64,000 nt of DNA from Rhina ancylostomus (taxonomy: Eukaryota), in the NCBI GenBank assembly GCA_030265395.1, contig JARFYF010000050.1, positions 24,640,861-24,704,860 of the forward strand, read 5' to 3'. Shown in pieces: positions 39,601-54,600 of the stretch (position 1 is its first letter; each line of letters begins with the position of its first letter). The notes under the pieces were generated by a model that was given only the letters and a program-made list of their open reading frames with translations, was not told where the DNA came from and did no database searches. Both the position numbers and the translations under genes were made by a program.

Positions 39601-42600
39601 GGTGAAGCTGAATGCAAACTCACATATTTCACTTGACAGAAAAGGCAGCAAAATATTCAGTCTTCGAAGATGCTCCTATCTGTGTGTAATTTTTGATCAG
39701 TAGCCTCTTCCATTTAATTAAGTGGCTCCCTGGTTCCTTCAACTCTCCAGATGGAAGCTTCCTGGAATGGATTAAAGGTTATTCTCATATCTTTAATGTT
39801 GTGGAAAGTGAGGTAATTATGTCATAGAAGATACAATTTTTCTTTAGAATAACTACATGGCCTAACAAGCCTGTTCTGCCATTTTGTCTTCTTAGGTTGT
39901 CCTTTAGGATTGAGGATGACTTGATTCCATTCCAGTTCTATGGCTGATGAGATTAATGTGAGTCCCACAGACTGCCACAGGTGGCACAGTAGATACTTGA
40001 GAGGTGGATAACGCGGGAGGTGGTACACACTTCCTGTCAGTTACACTGGGCTTCTGTGTGCTCTCACAAATAAATCCAAGATTCTCAATATCAGCCTGAA
40101 TGCTCCTTCTTGATTTTGAGCAGTCATGGGCCAGAGATTAAGTGGGGATATTGCATTTCTTCAAGCAGGCTTTGAAAACATTTTTAAATCTTTTCCTTTG
40201 TCTACCTGGTAATCTCTTGTCATTACATAACTTAGAGCAGTTTCTATTTCTGTGGTCTGTTGTTGGGCATGCAGGCAACACCAACATCAGACCAAAGGCC
40301 ATGAATGTGGCCTTTGCAATGGAACAAACTGAATGGTGTGTTAGCCAGGGAAAGGACATTGACATTGGTTTGCTTATCCTGCCAACATAATTGGACGATT
40401 GTTCAGAGCAAGTGTTGGTGATATCTTTGCAATGCCTTGAGGTGCTTGCTGTGATAATCCATGTCTCAGAAGCATACAGGACAGTGGGAGTCACTGTTGC
40501 CCGATTGACTATAAACTTTGTGCTGGGTTTAATGTCTTGATCTTCAGTCATTCTTTCCCTCAGATGAGCAAGGGCTGCACTGGGGCACTCAAGGCGATGA
40601 TTAATTTTTGTCATCAATATTTGCCATCACAGAGACATGGCTTCCAAGGTATGGTAAGTGGTCCAATTTTCCAGTGTCTCATTGTAGACCTTTAGTGTCA
40701 GAGGGTGCTGTTGCGCACCAAGGCAGGTAGAGGACCTTTGTTTTGCAGATGTTATACATAAATCACATTGTACCATCTGCTTCAGTAAATTAATAGATAA
40801 TGATCTGAATTTCAGCTTCTGAATGTGCTCATATACAAACATCATTTGTGACTGCAGTTGATGACTGAAGTTGGGGTGATCATACTTCTGGAGTGGAGAG
40901 GATAGAGACTAAACTGTCTCCCATTTTCCCTGTAGATTCAGCACCATCTGCAAGCTTATTGAAGGTGAGGTGCAAGAAAGACTGAGAAAAGTGTTAAAGC
41001 TATTGACACCAGCCTGCATTCAGATTGATTTGTTGTGGAATGTGGGGTAAGATCACAACTGCCATTTAATAATATTATGGCTGATGGTTCAAAAACCCAT
41101 CAATCCTGGCTTTANNNNNNNNNNNNNNNNNNNNNNNNNNNNNNNNNNNNNNNNNNNNNNNNNNNNNNNNNNNNNNNNNNNNNNNNNNNNNNNNNNNNNN
41201 NNNNNNNNNNNNNNAAACACCCATCAATCCTGGCTTTATACTCAATACTTTAACCCCACCAGTTGGTATTGGGAATTCAAAGGATTCAGAACCCTCAGGC
41301 TTAAAAGTTCCACCTATTATTCTGAGACTATTCCCTGTTTCAGATGCTCCTGTCAGATAAACAGGCAGCATCTACCTGATCGAGTCCACTTAGAATCTTA
41401 CAAAATCATCTGTCATCAGCATGGCTCTGATGATCATGGATGTACCACCAGGGAGCAAAAGAACATGGAGACTGCAGTATCAAACAAGATTCAGACACTG
41501 CAATTATTCACGAACGTACAGCAAGCTCGTTAGCACTGCAGGAGTAGCTTGCTGGTGAATAATGTGAGTCCTTTGGACTACTCCACTGGCATCTAGCCAG
41601 TTTATTGCCAGTGGAAGGGGAACATGTGAGGGTAGCAGGATGGTGGCAGGATTATCAGTGCAGAACAGAGAGAGCTCTACTTACAGAAGATATTATTGTT
41701 TAACAGTAATGATAAAGCAGTGGAAAATGTAAGGAGGCAATCAAGACAATTTCAGATCAAATCTGAGCACAGCCAGTAGTGCTGCTGCCCCACAGCTTGA
41801 GATACCCATGTTTGATCCTGACCTTGGGTGCCCATTCTGCAAAATTTGCACTTCCTCACTGGGATTTGATTGGTTCCCTTCCCGAGTGCTCTGGTTTCCT
41901 CACCTGTCCCAAAGATGTGCTGGTAGGTTAACTGTCTACCATGAATGACCCTTTAGTGTAAATTAATGGCAAAAGGAATCAAAAGGGAGTTGACCATTGA
42001 GTACAGGAGAGAATAAGTTGTGGGGGTTCAGAGAAATAAAGTGAAGGAAAATGGGACCTGTGAGATTGCTTTCCTGGGAGTTGACATGGACCAGCTGAGC
42101 AGAAGGGTGGCACAATGGTGCGGCTATAACGGCCCCAGTAACCTGGGTTCAATCCTGACCTCCGACACTGTCCCTGTGACCACATAGGTTTCCTCTGGAT
42201 GCTCTGGTTTCCTCCCACGTCCTAAAGACATGTAGGTTGGTAGGTTAACTGGTCTCTGCAAATCACCCTGAGTGTGCAGATGATTGGTGTAATCTGGGAA
42301 TATGGGGAAGACAAAATAGCATTAATGCACTATTAGTGTAAATGGTACTTGATGGTCAGCATGGCCTGATGGGCTGAAGGGCCTGTTTCTGTGACATTAT
42401 CAAGTCGTCAGGGAAGCTGAATTAGAGTTTATGCAAATAAAAAGCCGATAGCATAAAAAGTGACCAAGAAACCATTCATTTGTCACTCATCACAATTTGC
42501 TTCACTAAGAGAAGCAGTTCTTACTAATACAGCCTGAATCTGGCTCCTGTTCCTTACCAATATGATTAATTCTTAATTACCTTCAAATGGCTTAGTAAGG

Positions 42601-45600
42601 CTTCTTTGCAAGGGAAATTAGTGACCGATAATAAATGCCAGCCTTGCCAGTGACGTGCACATCCTGAGAAAGGAAAAAGTTCCCATTCTCACTAACTTTA
42701 CCCAATTTACTTAATCTCCTAAAGGAAAAACACAGAAAACATCCAAAGAATGTAAAAGTCAATGAAACATTCCCCAGAGGTAATACAGCAGAGTATCAGA
42801 AGAAAAATAAAATCTTGTGCTGTAATTCTAAGCCCTGATTCAACAGATAGTTCTATGATCCCAATGGCAAGGTTAGCAATGTTTTCTGGAAGTCATTATT
42901 CAGCACATTAACCATTGCTCCTGGAGGTCTCTACCATACATCTACTGGTCTCAGAAGAACATCTGACTTTCCTCCATAATGTAAGGGGCATTTATGAAGC
43001 ACTTAGGTCTTCAAAATCTGAAATTATCTTTTAAATGAATTGCGTGTAGATGCCTTTTGCAGATTTATTCATGGTTAGCTTTGCCTCTGAGTCAGAACAA
43101 AGTGAGCTTGGGTCCCTTTCTGATGGAAGAATTGGTGATTTTAGAGATNNNNNNNNNNNNNNNNNNNNNNNNNNNNNNNNNNNNNNNNNNNNNNNNNNNN
43201 NNNNNNNNNNNNNNNNNNNNNNNNNNNNNNNNNNNNNNNNNNNNNNNNAGTCTCGTTCCAGCTGTCTGTGTTCTCCCTCATAGTTACACTCTGCTCTCAC
43301 CTGTTTGAATCCTCCCTCACTGTTACACTGTCAATATCTTCTCTCACTTTTACATCCTTCTCTCAACTGCCTATACTATGCCTTACTGTAACTCCTGCTC
43401 ATACGTGTCTGTGTATTTCCAAACTGTTACTTGTTTATAAACTCTACAAATTATGTGCAAAATACTTTGCACTGAAGGGTGAGGAATTGTTCAGACAATG
43501 GTATGATACCCTTCCCTGGTAAGACTCGGCTATATTGTACTTGCTGAGCAACATTCAGCATTCTGTCAGGATGGTTCGAAAGTGTTTCTAATTAAAAGGT
43601 TGAGGAGATATTTTAACAGGGGGAGGAAAGCAGCAACACAAATTAATCTGCAGGAGCAGTCTCAGCCCCATTCACACCAAACACCACCAGGTATTGATTA
43701 AAAGGGCTCGGTCTCCTTGGAAACATATTTGGCAAGTCTATCCTTGCTTTTGAGGAAAGTCAGAGGCCATTGTGAGCTGTGTAGAACATGATGCTGTGAA
43801 GAGCAGCATTATGATTCCTTCAGCAAAACTTCTGTAACTGTGTCCTGTGTTTTGCAAACAAAAGGCCAATGTTTTTGATTATTCTTTTATCACTGAGGCA
43901 CAAGGAAAAAGCTTTCTCTGAAGCCATGCTGTCATTTCCATACAGCCCAGGGAAACATTTGGGATTTTCCATTTTTTAAAAAAATTGCATTTTATTCCAA
44001 CAGAGAAAGGAAACTTCCAAATCTAGCTTTGAAGCTCTGAAGGTTATACTGTATGTTTTGTAGTTACTGGCAAGTAATGCAAAATGGCTTGCTGATTGCA
44101 TGAACCCAAATGTAGGAAGTCACGGCTAAAGGGCAGGTTGACAATAGGAAGAAGATTGCGTTACGCGTAAGTTGAGCAAGAGCAAGTTTGGATACTGTAA
44201 ATTATGTAATCCAAGCATGGCTAATATCTCTAACATCACCCATCTTTGCACTTCCCTCAGCCAAAGGGTGTACCATGGCCTTTTTCCTGAGTTAGTGGAT
44301 CATGAATTATACCCTGTTCCAGGGCTCGAGCATAAAAATCTAAGCTGACAGCCCAGTTCATTGCTGAGGGTGCATTGTTTTAAGATTTCAGGTGGATGTG
44401 GAAATGATCCCATTTTAAGGAAATGTTGGAGTATTATTCCTTTGCCCATTATTGGAAAGTGACTAAATGTACTTCATTTGCCGTTAAATGCTTTGGGACA
44501 TCACAAAGCATTGAAAGGCACTTTTTGTGTGTTTTGGCTCTGTGTCAAAATTCCCTTCTGATTCTGAGAAATGTTGTGATGCTTTATTATGGTACAGTGC
44601 CTACATTGTCTATGGGCAATCTGGCTTGTAAATGACTGTATAACTACAACAATATAAATGTATCTTTACTGTGCTCTGAGATAGTTTAGAAATTCTGGTA
44701 GCAAATCACTGAAATTATCTTCCCCTGAGAGTGTGGAGGCCAGATCGTAGATATATAAGGTGGAGATGGATAAATATTTGAAAGATCGAGGAATTGAGGG
44801 TTACGGGGAACTGGCACAGAAGAGGAGTTGAGGCCAGCATAGATCGGCCAGATTATATTGAATGGAAGAGCAGGTTTGAGGAACGTGGTGGCCTACTCCT
44901 GATCCTATTTTCTTGTTTTCTCATTTAATTACGTCAAACTGCCACGATCCAACATAATTAGAATGAAAAAGCAAAACACTGCAGATGATAAAAACAGACA
45001 GTGGTGGAAATATTCAACAGGCCAGGCAGCATCTGTGGAGAGGGAAAGAGGGCCAATGTTTCAGGTCAGTGATCTTTCATTAGTCAAACAAAAGATCTTT
45101 GACCTGAAACATTAACTCTGTTCCTCTCTCCACAGGTGCTGCCTGACCTGCTGAATACTTGCATCAGATCAGGAAAGGCTATGATTCAAAGCCTTTAAGA
45201 AGATGGCTGGAATTAATGCAGGATTATATACCTGAATCTCTGAAACACCCCATATGAAAGAGTATAACACACCAAGCATAGAATATTTTGGAATCTTCCT
45301 TGTAGTGTTTGACATAATTGAATATCTTTACAATCTTTGCTTTGACATATCAATGTAATCCTATCCCCTGACCCGTGTTGATTCTTGGTTTTATGCTCAT
45401 TCGTCCAAACTCTTCCTTTTGGCTCCTGCAAAGTAGAGACAGTCTTTTCTCCTCAAATGCAAGTGGTTTTAAAATTGGACAGGGTCCAATTTTCCAGTGT
45501 TCAGAAGAATGAGAGGAAGTCATATCCGAATGCATGATAATTCCTCTGGCTGAGAAGTCTAGGACCAGGAAACACTGTTGCAGAATAAGAGGTAGGCTGC

Positions 45601-48600
45601 TTAGGATTCAAATGAGAAGAAACTTCGTCACTCAGAGGGTGGGGAATCTTTGGAATTTTTTACTCCAGAGGGCTGTGAAGACTCAATCTTTTGAAAGGGA
45701 TTGATTGATTTCTAGACACTAAAGGGAATCCAGAGATATGGTGATGGTGCTGGAGAATAGTGCAAAGGTAAAAGATCAGCCATGATCTTGATGAGAAGCA
45801 GAGCGGGCCTGAAGGGCCATATGGCCGACTCCTGTTCCTATTTCTTATGTCCTTATGCTGTATTGTCAAAAGTACCAGTCATGAAATGAAATGTGAGATT
45901 AGAAGAAATGTCTATGCAGAGTTGTAAATCTTTGGAAGTCTCCACCTAAGAGGACTGTGGACGCTTAGTCAATGAGCATCTTCAAAGCTGATATTGATGA
46001 TTTTTGACTACAATAGGAATCAGGGAGAGAAGCTTTGGGGCTTGAAAGGGAGGGTGGGAACTGGGGCCACAGGAGCGCAGTATTAAGCATCCAGTGAGCC
46101 AGATGCTGAACTATCGGGATTTCTGAATAGTCAGATGGTGGATTATAAGGAATTTTACTGTGGTATCATTGCCTTTGCAGTGAACTAAATAATTGAATTG
46201 AAAGGCATATCAGGCATAAATGACCTAAATCCTGAGCCAAATCATGCTGGAACCATCACCCAGACTCATTGCATGTGGTTCCTACCCACCTGCACTTACC
46301 CATCTGGTTGTGGAGGGCAATCAAGGGGACTCTCTGCACTGGGTGTCATTCAACGAGATGCATTGATACTTCAGTAGTGTGTTACTGAGGTCTGTTCCCA
46401 GAACATCCTACAAGCCTTTGACGGGAGGCAAGGTTTGGGGAAGATGCTTGTCTCCTGTCAAAGTCTGACATTCAGAGGCATTAAAAACTATTACAATTTC
46501 TTTAAACAATAAGAGAACAAAAATACCATTAATGAAAACACACTAAGGCATTTACAAACCAATAACAAATAATAAAATATACCACCTGCATAGCATGGGA
46601 CCAGAGATGCAAATTCCCAGCGTAGTGCAAGAGAACACCAGCAAGACAATGGCTCCATTACTGAACTCCAAGGGGAGTTCTGTAATGGAGCGGAGATACC
46701 TCTGGGGTGATTTCTGCAGATGTCTGGGACTTGCTTTCAAAGGAATGGCTGCTCACTGGCTGCCATAGTGAGATCATTGGTCCCATGTCCCCATTATATC
46801 TGTTTGCTAGAAATCCCCCAATCAGCACTGTGAATCTGATAAACTTAAACATTCTTTAATTCACGTTTTAAAATGTCCTTTAAAATAATAGCTTTTTGCT
46901 TGTTGCTATTGATTGTATGAAGTATGATTAACCGATGATCATACTTTCTTTTAATATGTTGAAGGAGTATTCATTTAGTTGTTATTATGATTCATTCTTC
47001 CAAGTCCATTCATTGTTAGTTTAACTTCCAGACGAATACATTGGTTCACCTCAATTTGTTTACCTATATACTTCTGAATCTTACCAAGACTCCAGTTCTT
47101 CACACCATTACACATTCACCAGTTTTGCCATTACACATTCATTAATGTCCAAAATAAATTTGATAACATTGTACATATCACTGCATAAGCTTAATAATAA
47201 TGCCATACTCAACACCTACGTGCATTATCTTGACTAATTTTGTTAAATTAAGGACTTTATATAAATGCAAAATAGTTTCCTCAAGGCAAATTCTAGTTTC
47301 TTTGTCATGACTCTTGAGCTAAGCAATTGTAGTTTTCAACCCAGTTAACATTCCACATAATGTCTGCTTTCAGTTTTCTAATTTTTATTTTTGCATGCTT
47401 TAATATGCATGATGTATATTTTCATGATTCCAAAAACACCTTTGCAAATATATTATTTAAGCTCTTTGTTCTATTTTACTCCAGTTTGTTTTAGATTGAA
47501 GAAGGAAACTGATCATGAAGGATTATATTGTGACCTTTAACCCAAGAGCATCGGCTTCAACTTCCTTGTCAGCATACGACTGAAGGGCATTGTGGCTCCC
47601 TGCAGATTCAGAACATCTCCCCCCCCAACCGTTCACTCTCCAGCAGTAGAAGAGTCACAGGGCCTGACCTGGAGAGTAACATATCAGCCTTTCTTAACAT
47701 GCTGTAGCAGTAAAATCAAGGGACTTCTTTATCTTCCTGATTAATTAAAATACACTGCTAAGTTCCCGGTTATCAAATGCAATTATGTCTTTATAAGGCT
47801 GCAAGTAATTGTAACAAATTAATTCCACATTGTGAGCATTACCATTTCTCCATTGCAGGGAACATGCATCATTCAGGATTACCATCAACAGATTCTCCCT
47901 CTGGATACTATAGTCACAAAAATTAATATTCACCCTTCCTTCACCCATAAGCCTTGTCACGGTGGTGATACAGTGAATTCAACATAAAAGTCCCTAAAAA
48001 GACTTAGACTTTGCTTTTTAAGTTGACAATATCATCTGATTCTGTCACTTATATCAAAATTTTATTAAGTCAAGATACGCATAATTAAAGGTCGACCCAT
48101 GGAAATAATGATGTATATGGCCTTTTTCTTCTTGAAGACACCTGCTGAGTGTAAGTAATGGCTTTATATCCTAGCAGTCAGTTACATTCAAGGTAATCCC
48201 TGCATCCAAAAATATCCTGACCAATGTCAAGTTATTGCCAACAGAAGTCATTAGAAAAAAAAACCACCTAAATAAATAAATATTTATGCCCTATCTCCAC
48301 AACCCTCCCCTTCTCCCGATATTGGTAGGTGGTGGTAATTCTTCCCCTTTCCCCCTCTCCACCCTCACTCTCCAGTATTTAATAAGCCTCACTGCATTAA
48401 TGTGAGGTGGTGTATTTGCTACTTCCCTCCTGTACAGCTGGTGCTATATTACAGCTTTGAAATGTGCTTCTGAGTCTATTTTCAAAAGTGGTCAGTTGGG
48501 ACTGAGGCCAAATATCATCTTATCTCAAATCACCAATGGAAATTGATAGCTATTCCATCCTTAAAAGTGGTGAAAAGATGACTGCGTGCTGACTGATTTA

Positions 48601-51600
48601 AATATACATCAGAATGTAAAGTATAGGTTGAAAGAAACTCTTTGGCTGACCAAACATATCCATTCACGCAGACTTTCTTTGGCTATACACAGAGGTCATA
48701 ATCCCCCTCTTTGTAAACAGGTCTGTGATTTTCATACACATAATACACAAAGAAAATCTTCTGCTCATCTACCTCAAATAAAATTTCCAGAGGGCAGAAT
48801 TAGTCTATGATCAGAAGTGTACTGACATTAATGGCATTGTACGGGCAGCAGGTGTGCAGAGCTGGTGGCTATTATTCTAACACTCTTTAAGGGTAGTGAC
48901 CCAATAAATTTCTCATTCACCATTTCAAAATTCAACAACAGACTACTAATAAAACAAAGGAGCTACCAGTACATTTGCAAATTGCAACTCTAAAATTTAA
49001 AACATTGTGGCATGGAAATTCACTGATGTCAAGGGGATTGCTAAAATGTAATTGTGCAGCACAGCAGTAACTTGTATGATTTTGGACCCAATGCAACAAT
49101 ATTCAACATGTTCAAGACACAAGGCTTCAGATGTCACTGAAAAGCCCTCTTGCACTTTCCTCTGAGTGTCTGGTCATTTCAGAGCATGCAAAGAAAGATA
49201 TCAGCTAAGTCTGGGCTCACAACCAGCACTAGTGGATAGATGGGAAGAATGCAAGCTGTCACAGATGGAGTCAGAAGGCAAATCCAGGCCACAAGAGTCA
49301 GTTCAGGTTCTTGTTCGGAGTGGGGTGAAGTAGTCGGTGGTAATCTGAAGCCCAGAGGGATTTCAGGGGTAATCTGGAGAATATGGGAGTTTAGAAAATT
49401 AGTGGTTAATGTGGGGGCTAAGAGAAATTTGAAAGTTGGGGGTATTCTGGACACTGCCGGAAGACTGGGAAGTTGGGGTATGAGACTGGTATGTGGGACA
49501 ACCACAGGAGATGAGGAAGTAAGGCAACCTATGAGTGGCAGCATTCGTACAATGTGGTTGTTCTGAGAGTGCCCAGTGATAGCCATGCCTCAAAACAACA
49601 TGACCTCATTTCCAAGGCCATGATTCTAAACAAGAATTGCATGGAGAATGACATCATTCTCTGTGCATCTGTGAGACTTGCCTGGTTGTTTAGCCAGAGT
49701 GAAGTAGTTTTAACAAGAGACTTTTCATACATATAGCACTTCCTCCAATCATTCACTTTACCCTCTTTTCCCTTTACTCTGGTTTTATATTTATCTCATC
49801 AGCTCTACCCCACACGTGTCTTGTTCAGAAAAGATTTTTTTTGCTTTTGGTATCTAAATCTTGCACCAGTTTAGGAAAATAAATGAAATTAACAAAAATG
49901 AGCCCCATTGAAGACAGCCAAAGAGGTAATATATTTGAATCATAACTATGATTTGGCTAATGTTTGATACAAATTATATGTATTAAACAAGTGGGATATG
50001 ACACATTGCTCTTTAGATAAAGAAATGAAGTGATTACTAGGCTGTGAGAATAGATTGATTACACATGGATGTTGGATGGGATGGACAAGAGAGAAAATGG
50101 TCTTCCCTTACTCTGGAGTGTGGTAAGATGTCAGCAGTCACATTTGGATGAGATAATTTTTCTCAGGATCTTCCTGGGCCCAGCCATCTGTCTAAACTTA
50201 CTATTTTTGGATGCAGCGTGTTGGAGGAAGTGACCTCCACACTTGAAAGGCACCCTGTGATGTGAAGTGGGCTCCAAGCAGAGAGTAGGTAGCAGGTATC
50301 ATATCCCAAGGCCCTGGTCCTGAAGTAGCCTGACAACCATTTGCCATTGTCAAAGATTTCTGAACTATTTTTAAATCTCTCTTAAGAACTATTCAATTGG
50401 ATTTAAGTAATTAAAGTTATAACAATTATTTGAGAATATTAACAGAACTAAAATAAATTTAATCAAGGGGGTGGGAGTCACTGTTCCAATGCCACACCTC
50501 CTTGTTGTATGACTGAGGGCACACATTCAGAGAATATCCCCTCCCTCCCTTCAGCTAGTCACTGCCCCATTGTTGGTCTTAGTCATGAATCCAGGCATGG
50601 AGCAGGAGCTCGGATTCATTAAGCGTATGTGGAAGTCTGGAACATGATATGGTGCACATGGCTGATCGTCGTTCTCTTTGGAACTATCAGCCAACAGTCA
50701 GCTGAATTTGTCCAATGTTTCTGCAGCACTTCTCGTGTTTAAAGATCTGGATCACATCTTTTCTTAGTGACAAAAGTTTCCCAAACACTGATTACCTTCT
50801 AATCTCTAATTATATTGTTGCCCAACTGTGATAATCATAATTGTTTATGCACTTGGTAATACCTTATCCACAACAAAAAAAAATTGCATGCTTGCTATAA
50901 CCATCAATCTCATTTCAACAGGTTACAAATGTTCAGGGATAAGAAGTGGAATCAGTATCACATTAGTGCACTTAAAATGTGCTTTGGAGATACTTTGCAA
51001 GGGCAAAGCAGAGGGATCACACTTAGCTCTGCTTTACATGACCTGAAAACACCCAGTGTTCAAGAAATAGAAATTTCACTGCAGATCGTATAATTTTGCA
51101 ATACAGATAAGGATATTATAAATCTACTTGCCTACACTGGAATGCCAAACTGTCACTTAATGTTCAAAGGTTTAAATATGTTTTTTAGAAGAAAGCCATG
51201 GGAGTGATCTTATAAGATGTCAAATGTGGAGTGCTTTTAGTTCATTCCTTAAATGCCATAAATTACCACGCACCAACTACGAAGCTACATTTCCAATATA
51301 TCACAGTACAGGCCAATGACAGAATCAGTTCAGTTCATTTCCTGAAGTATTCTCTGGAGAGATGAAGGGAACTATTTGCCTGGAATGGAAACTGATCTAA
51401 GTTATAGTTCAGCAACAGAAGCAACATGAAAAGAAACACAGATCTAATAACCAGAAGTAAATGTCATGTATGACCACCCAGCCTTTTCTTTAGCGTACAT
51501 AAAATTCATTAAATTAATGAATGGCAACTCTCCGACCTTGGAGTAAATTTTCATTCTTCTCACTATTTTTAAGCCATGAGTATGAAGTGAGATCTGTTAG

Positions 51601-54600
51601 CAAGGCCCTGCTCTTCCTGGAGCGGCCTACATGGTGTTTATGATTTTAAAAAGTGCCAGTTATTTCATGGAATACTTTCTGAATGAACTCCAAAATACTG
51701 GTAAATGGGGAAATTAATTTTATAACTAAAAGTAATGAAAAAAGATCAAACTTAATTGATGCAATTTACGGAAAAATACAAGAACAATGACGGCTGGAGT
51801 TTGATTGGACGTTGTCCAGAATATTTTTGTTTATAATCTAGGATGCATAGAGACATAATCTTGTGCCGGTTACTTTATTAAAAAGCAAATCTTCATACCA
51901 TTTAACTGAATACAAAATGGGTTCTTTTTAGTCCAAGGGAGAATATATATCTTTCATAATTTTAACAGTCACCTTCAAAGGAAAGACCAGGATCACCAAG
52001 AATACTTGGTAATTTGACCAACTAATAATTGTTAATATTAGAACTGCTTGACTAATATTGATTTCATCCCATTAAAACACAAATTTTCCAGGTACAATAC
52101 ACCAAAAATGCATGAACCAATAACATAGCAAAGTAAATAATCTCAACTGCATGTCAAGTATTTCATTTGAATTAGATCTGCATTTTTGTAACATGCAATT
52201 TTGTGAGCAAATGGAATTTAGATGATTGAAATCTGGAGATAATTCAGTTGATGTGAAGGATTCCTTAAGGGGAAATGTGACACACTGTTCAAATGCTGCA
52301 AACAGAATCCAAGCAATTAATAACATGGCTAAAGTGACACTGGACATTGAGAAAGGACTCTGCAGGTCAGTATTTAATCTTTAAATGTATGTTGCAAAAG
52401 TATGTGATCTATCCAAAATTATCCAAAACAATGTGATTTATTTAAATTAAAATACATTTCGATATATCTGTAGACTGTGGTTTGTGAACTCTCAATCTCT
52501 AAAAGGGCTCAGATTTTGCTCCAAGGTTGACCTAAGATTCAGATCAATTCAAAGCTCCAATAGGAAAGCAAGCATAGTAATGACATCAGCATCCCATGTA
52601 CCCAATAGTGCTGCACCAAAACTGTAACAAAGACTTTAAAAGGGAAAGAAAGCCCTGATCTATTCTATCCCATCACTTTGAGTAAATGTATGCCTACATT
52701 TGCCAATATTAAGAATATGGCAACAACTGTCTACCAAAGAACAGAATGCTGGAAGAACTCAGCAGGTCAAGCAGCATCTGTGGAGGCAAAAGATGCAATG
52801 TTGACCTTTCAGGTTGAGACCTTGCATCAGGACTGCAACTGCCTCCCACAGTTCTTTGCTGACCTCTCCACATTAGGTGGTGTTGTCAGATCCCCTGCCT
52901 TTGATGCTGACAGACCCAAGGTCTGTTCGTACAGATTCAGACTCCAAGGGCTGGAAACTGCCATCTTTTTGAGTAGTAAGTAGATTAAAAATCGATTTAG
53001 GCTACCCAGCATATTCTTCTGTGCCAATACAACGGAAGTTTAATTCTGCACTCCAGCATTTTAGGGAGAAGATTGTAACCATTTACAGTTACACCCACAT
53101 CCTCCTCATCTCCCAGGCTCTCATAAATCTGACAGTTCTGCCATGCCAGTGCCCACTAGCTTCACCCTCTCCTTCTCCAGCCCTGACAAACTTGCTTCTG
53201 AATCTTACACTGCATCAATAAAATGGCTGCTGGAATTCACGCCAACCTCCCAGTTCTGCCCCAATCCAGGCAGCTGCCACTTGCTCCCACTTTCTTTTAA
53301 ATAAATGTAGGGTTTCTCCTTGGAACTTTCCTTTTACATGGCTTTGTGTTTTCCCAAAGCCCTTTTACATTAATGGCCTAGTTCTTCCCTTTCTTTCTAA
53401 CTTTTCTTTTCGTGGCCTACTTCAGATGTTTTGCTATTTTTTTCAAGCCGTTTTTAAAAAGGTGCATTTCAAATGCCTACATTTTCCTTTGTTTTCCTTC
53501 CCAAATAAAAACAGGGATTGAAACGCATCCTTCGTTGGCTTTCACTGAACAAACCCCCTAACGAGTGGCTGTCAAAATAAACAAGAGCATTCTTTCCAAT
53601 GACTGATAGGCGCACCTGTCTGGGCTGCTAATGCATACTCCAAATTATTGGATGACCAGCTAAGTTACAGAATCCATGCTACACTGGAGATAGACTAGTT
53701 TAAGTTACTGATTCCAGCCAATACTGGCTTTCTGGAGTACCAAACAACTTGTAAGATGACAGAATCTTTACTCAGCAGAATCCAGCACTTGGTAGTGCTT
53801 TGTGTTCCTGCTTATCTCCCTCCAGCACCTGACTCCAACCTTCACACTCCCCTCCCCCACCTTGCTCCATCTGTTTTCTTTCCCCCTTTTCCTCTCTGTC
53901 TGCCTCCATCTATCATTCACCTGCCACAGTCTTCCAACTCCACCCCTGCTCACCTCCCCTACCTGGCACCACCTGCCTGTCATCTAACACCCCTCCTCAG
54001 TCCACCAATCACCTCGGACTCCTTTCTTGCCAGTGCCCTTCTCTTTGTGCTGACCATCTCGCCTCTCTACTCAGTCTTGATGCAGAGTTTTGACCCAAAA
54101 CATTGACAATTTCTTTCCTCCAGCGCGTTGAATGTTGCTCTGTGAAAACAATGGTTGGCCAGCTTGTTGATTCTCTATTCATCAACGTTGATTGTACAAG
54201 TGGGATTGTAACTTTTTGTCATAAAGTTTATGTGGGAATATTATTTAATTTGGGTCATTACTACTTAATTAAATCTTGGGTTTAGTGAGAGATTTTGTGG
54301 AATGTTCTAATTTTTTAGTCAGAGTAATTTTTTTATACTAATGTTTTTGATTTTCTTAAAACTTGGCTGAAAATTATTACTGCAGTACAAGTGCACAAGG
54401 ATCTTTGGCTATTCCTAAACCACTTTTTTTTTGCTCTCTTTTTGTTATAGGAGACTGAAATAAAATTCTTGAAGCTGCTATGGCATTGAATTTATTAAGA
54501 CTCTTTAATTTCATTCCATCTAAATTTCAAACATGCAACATCTTGCAGATTGTGAGGTGGAAATTGTACCCTTGCAAAAACTTCAACAAAATATTGTACC

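Noticed and set aside
40138-40617. 159-aa ORF as a novel protein
   Set aside because: Frameshifted RTE LINE remnant.
42105-42165. tRNA gene (A/B-box-like sequence)
   Set aside because: It continues directly into a SINE core and tail and has no complete cloverleaf; it is a tRNA-derived SINE head.
49179-49586. Overlapping 135-aa and 108-aa ORFs
   Set aside because: No recognisable domain or splice context; probably ancient repeat-derived sequence.
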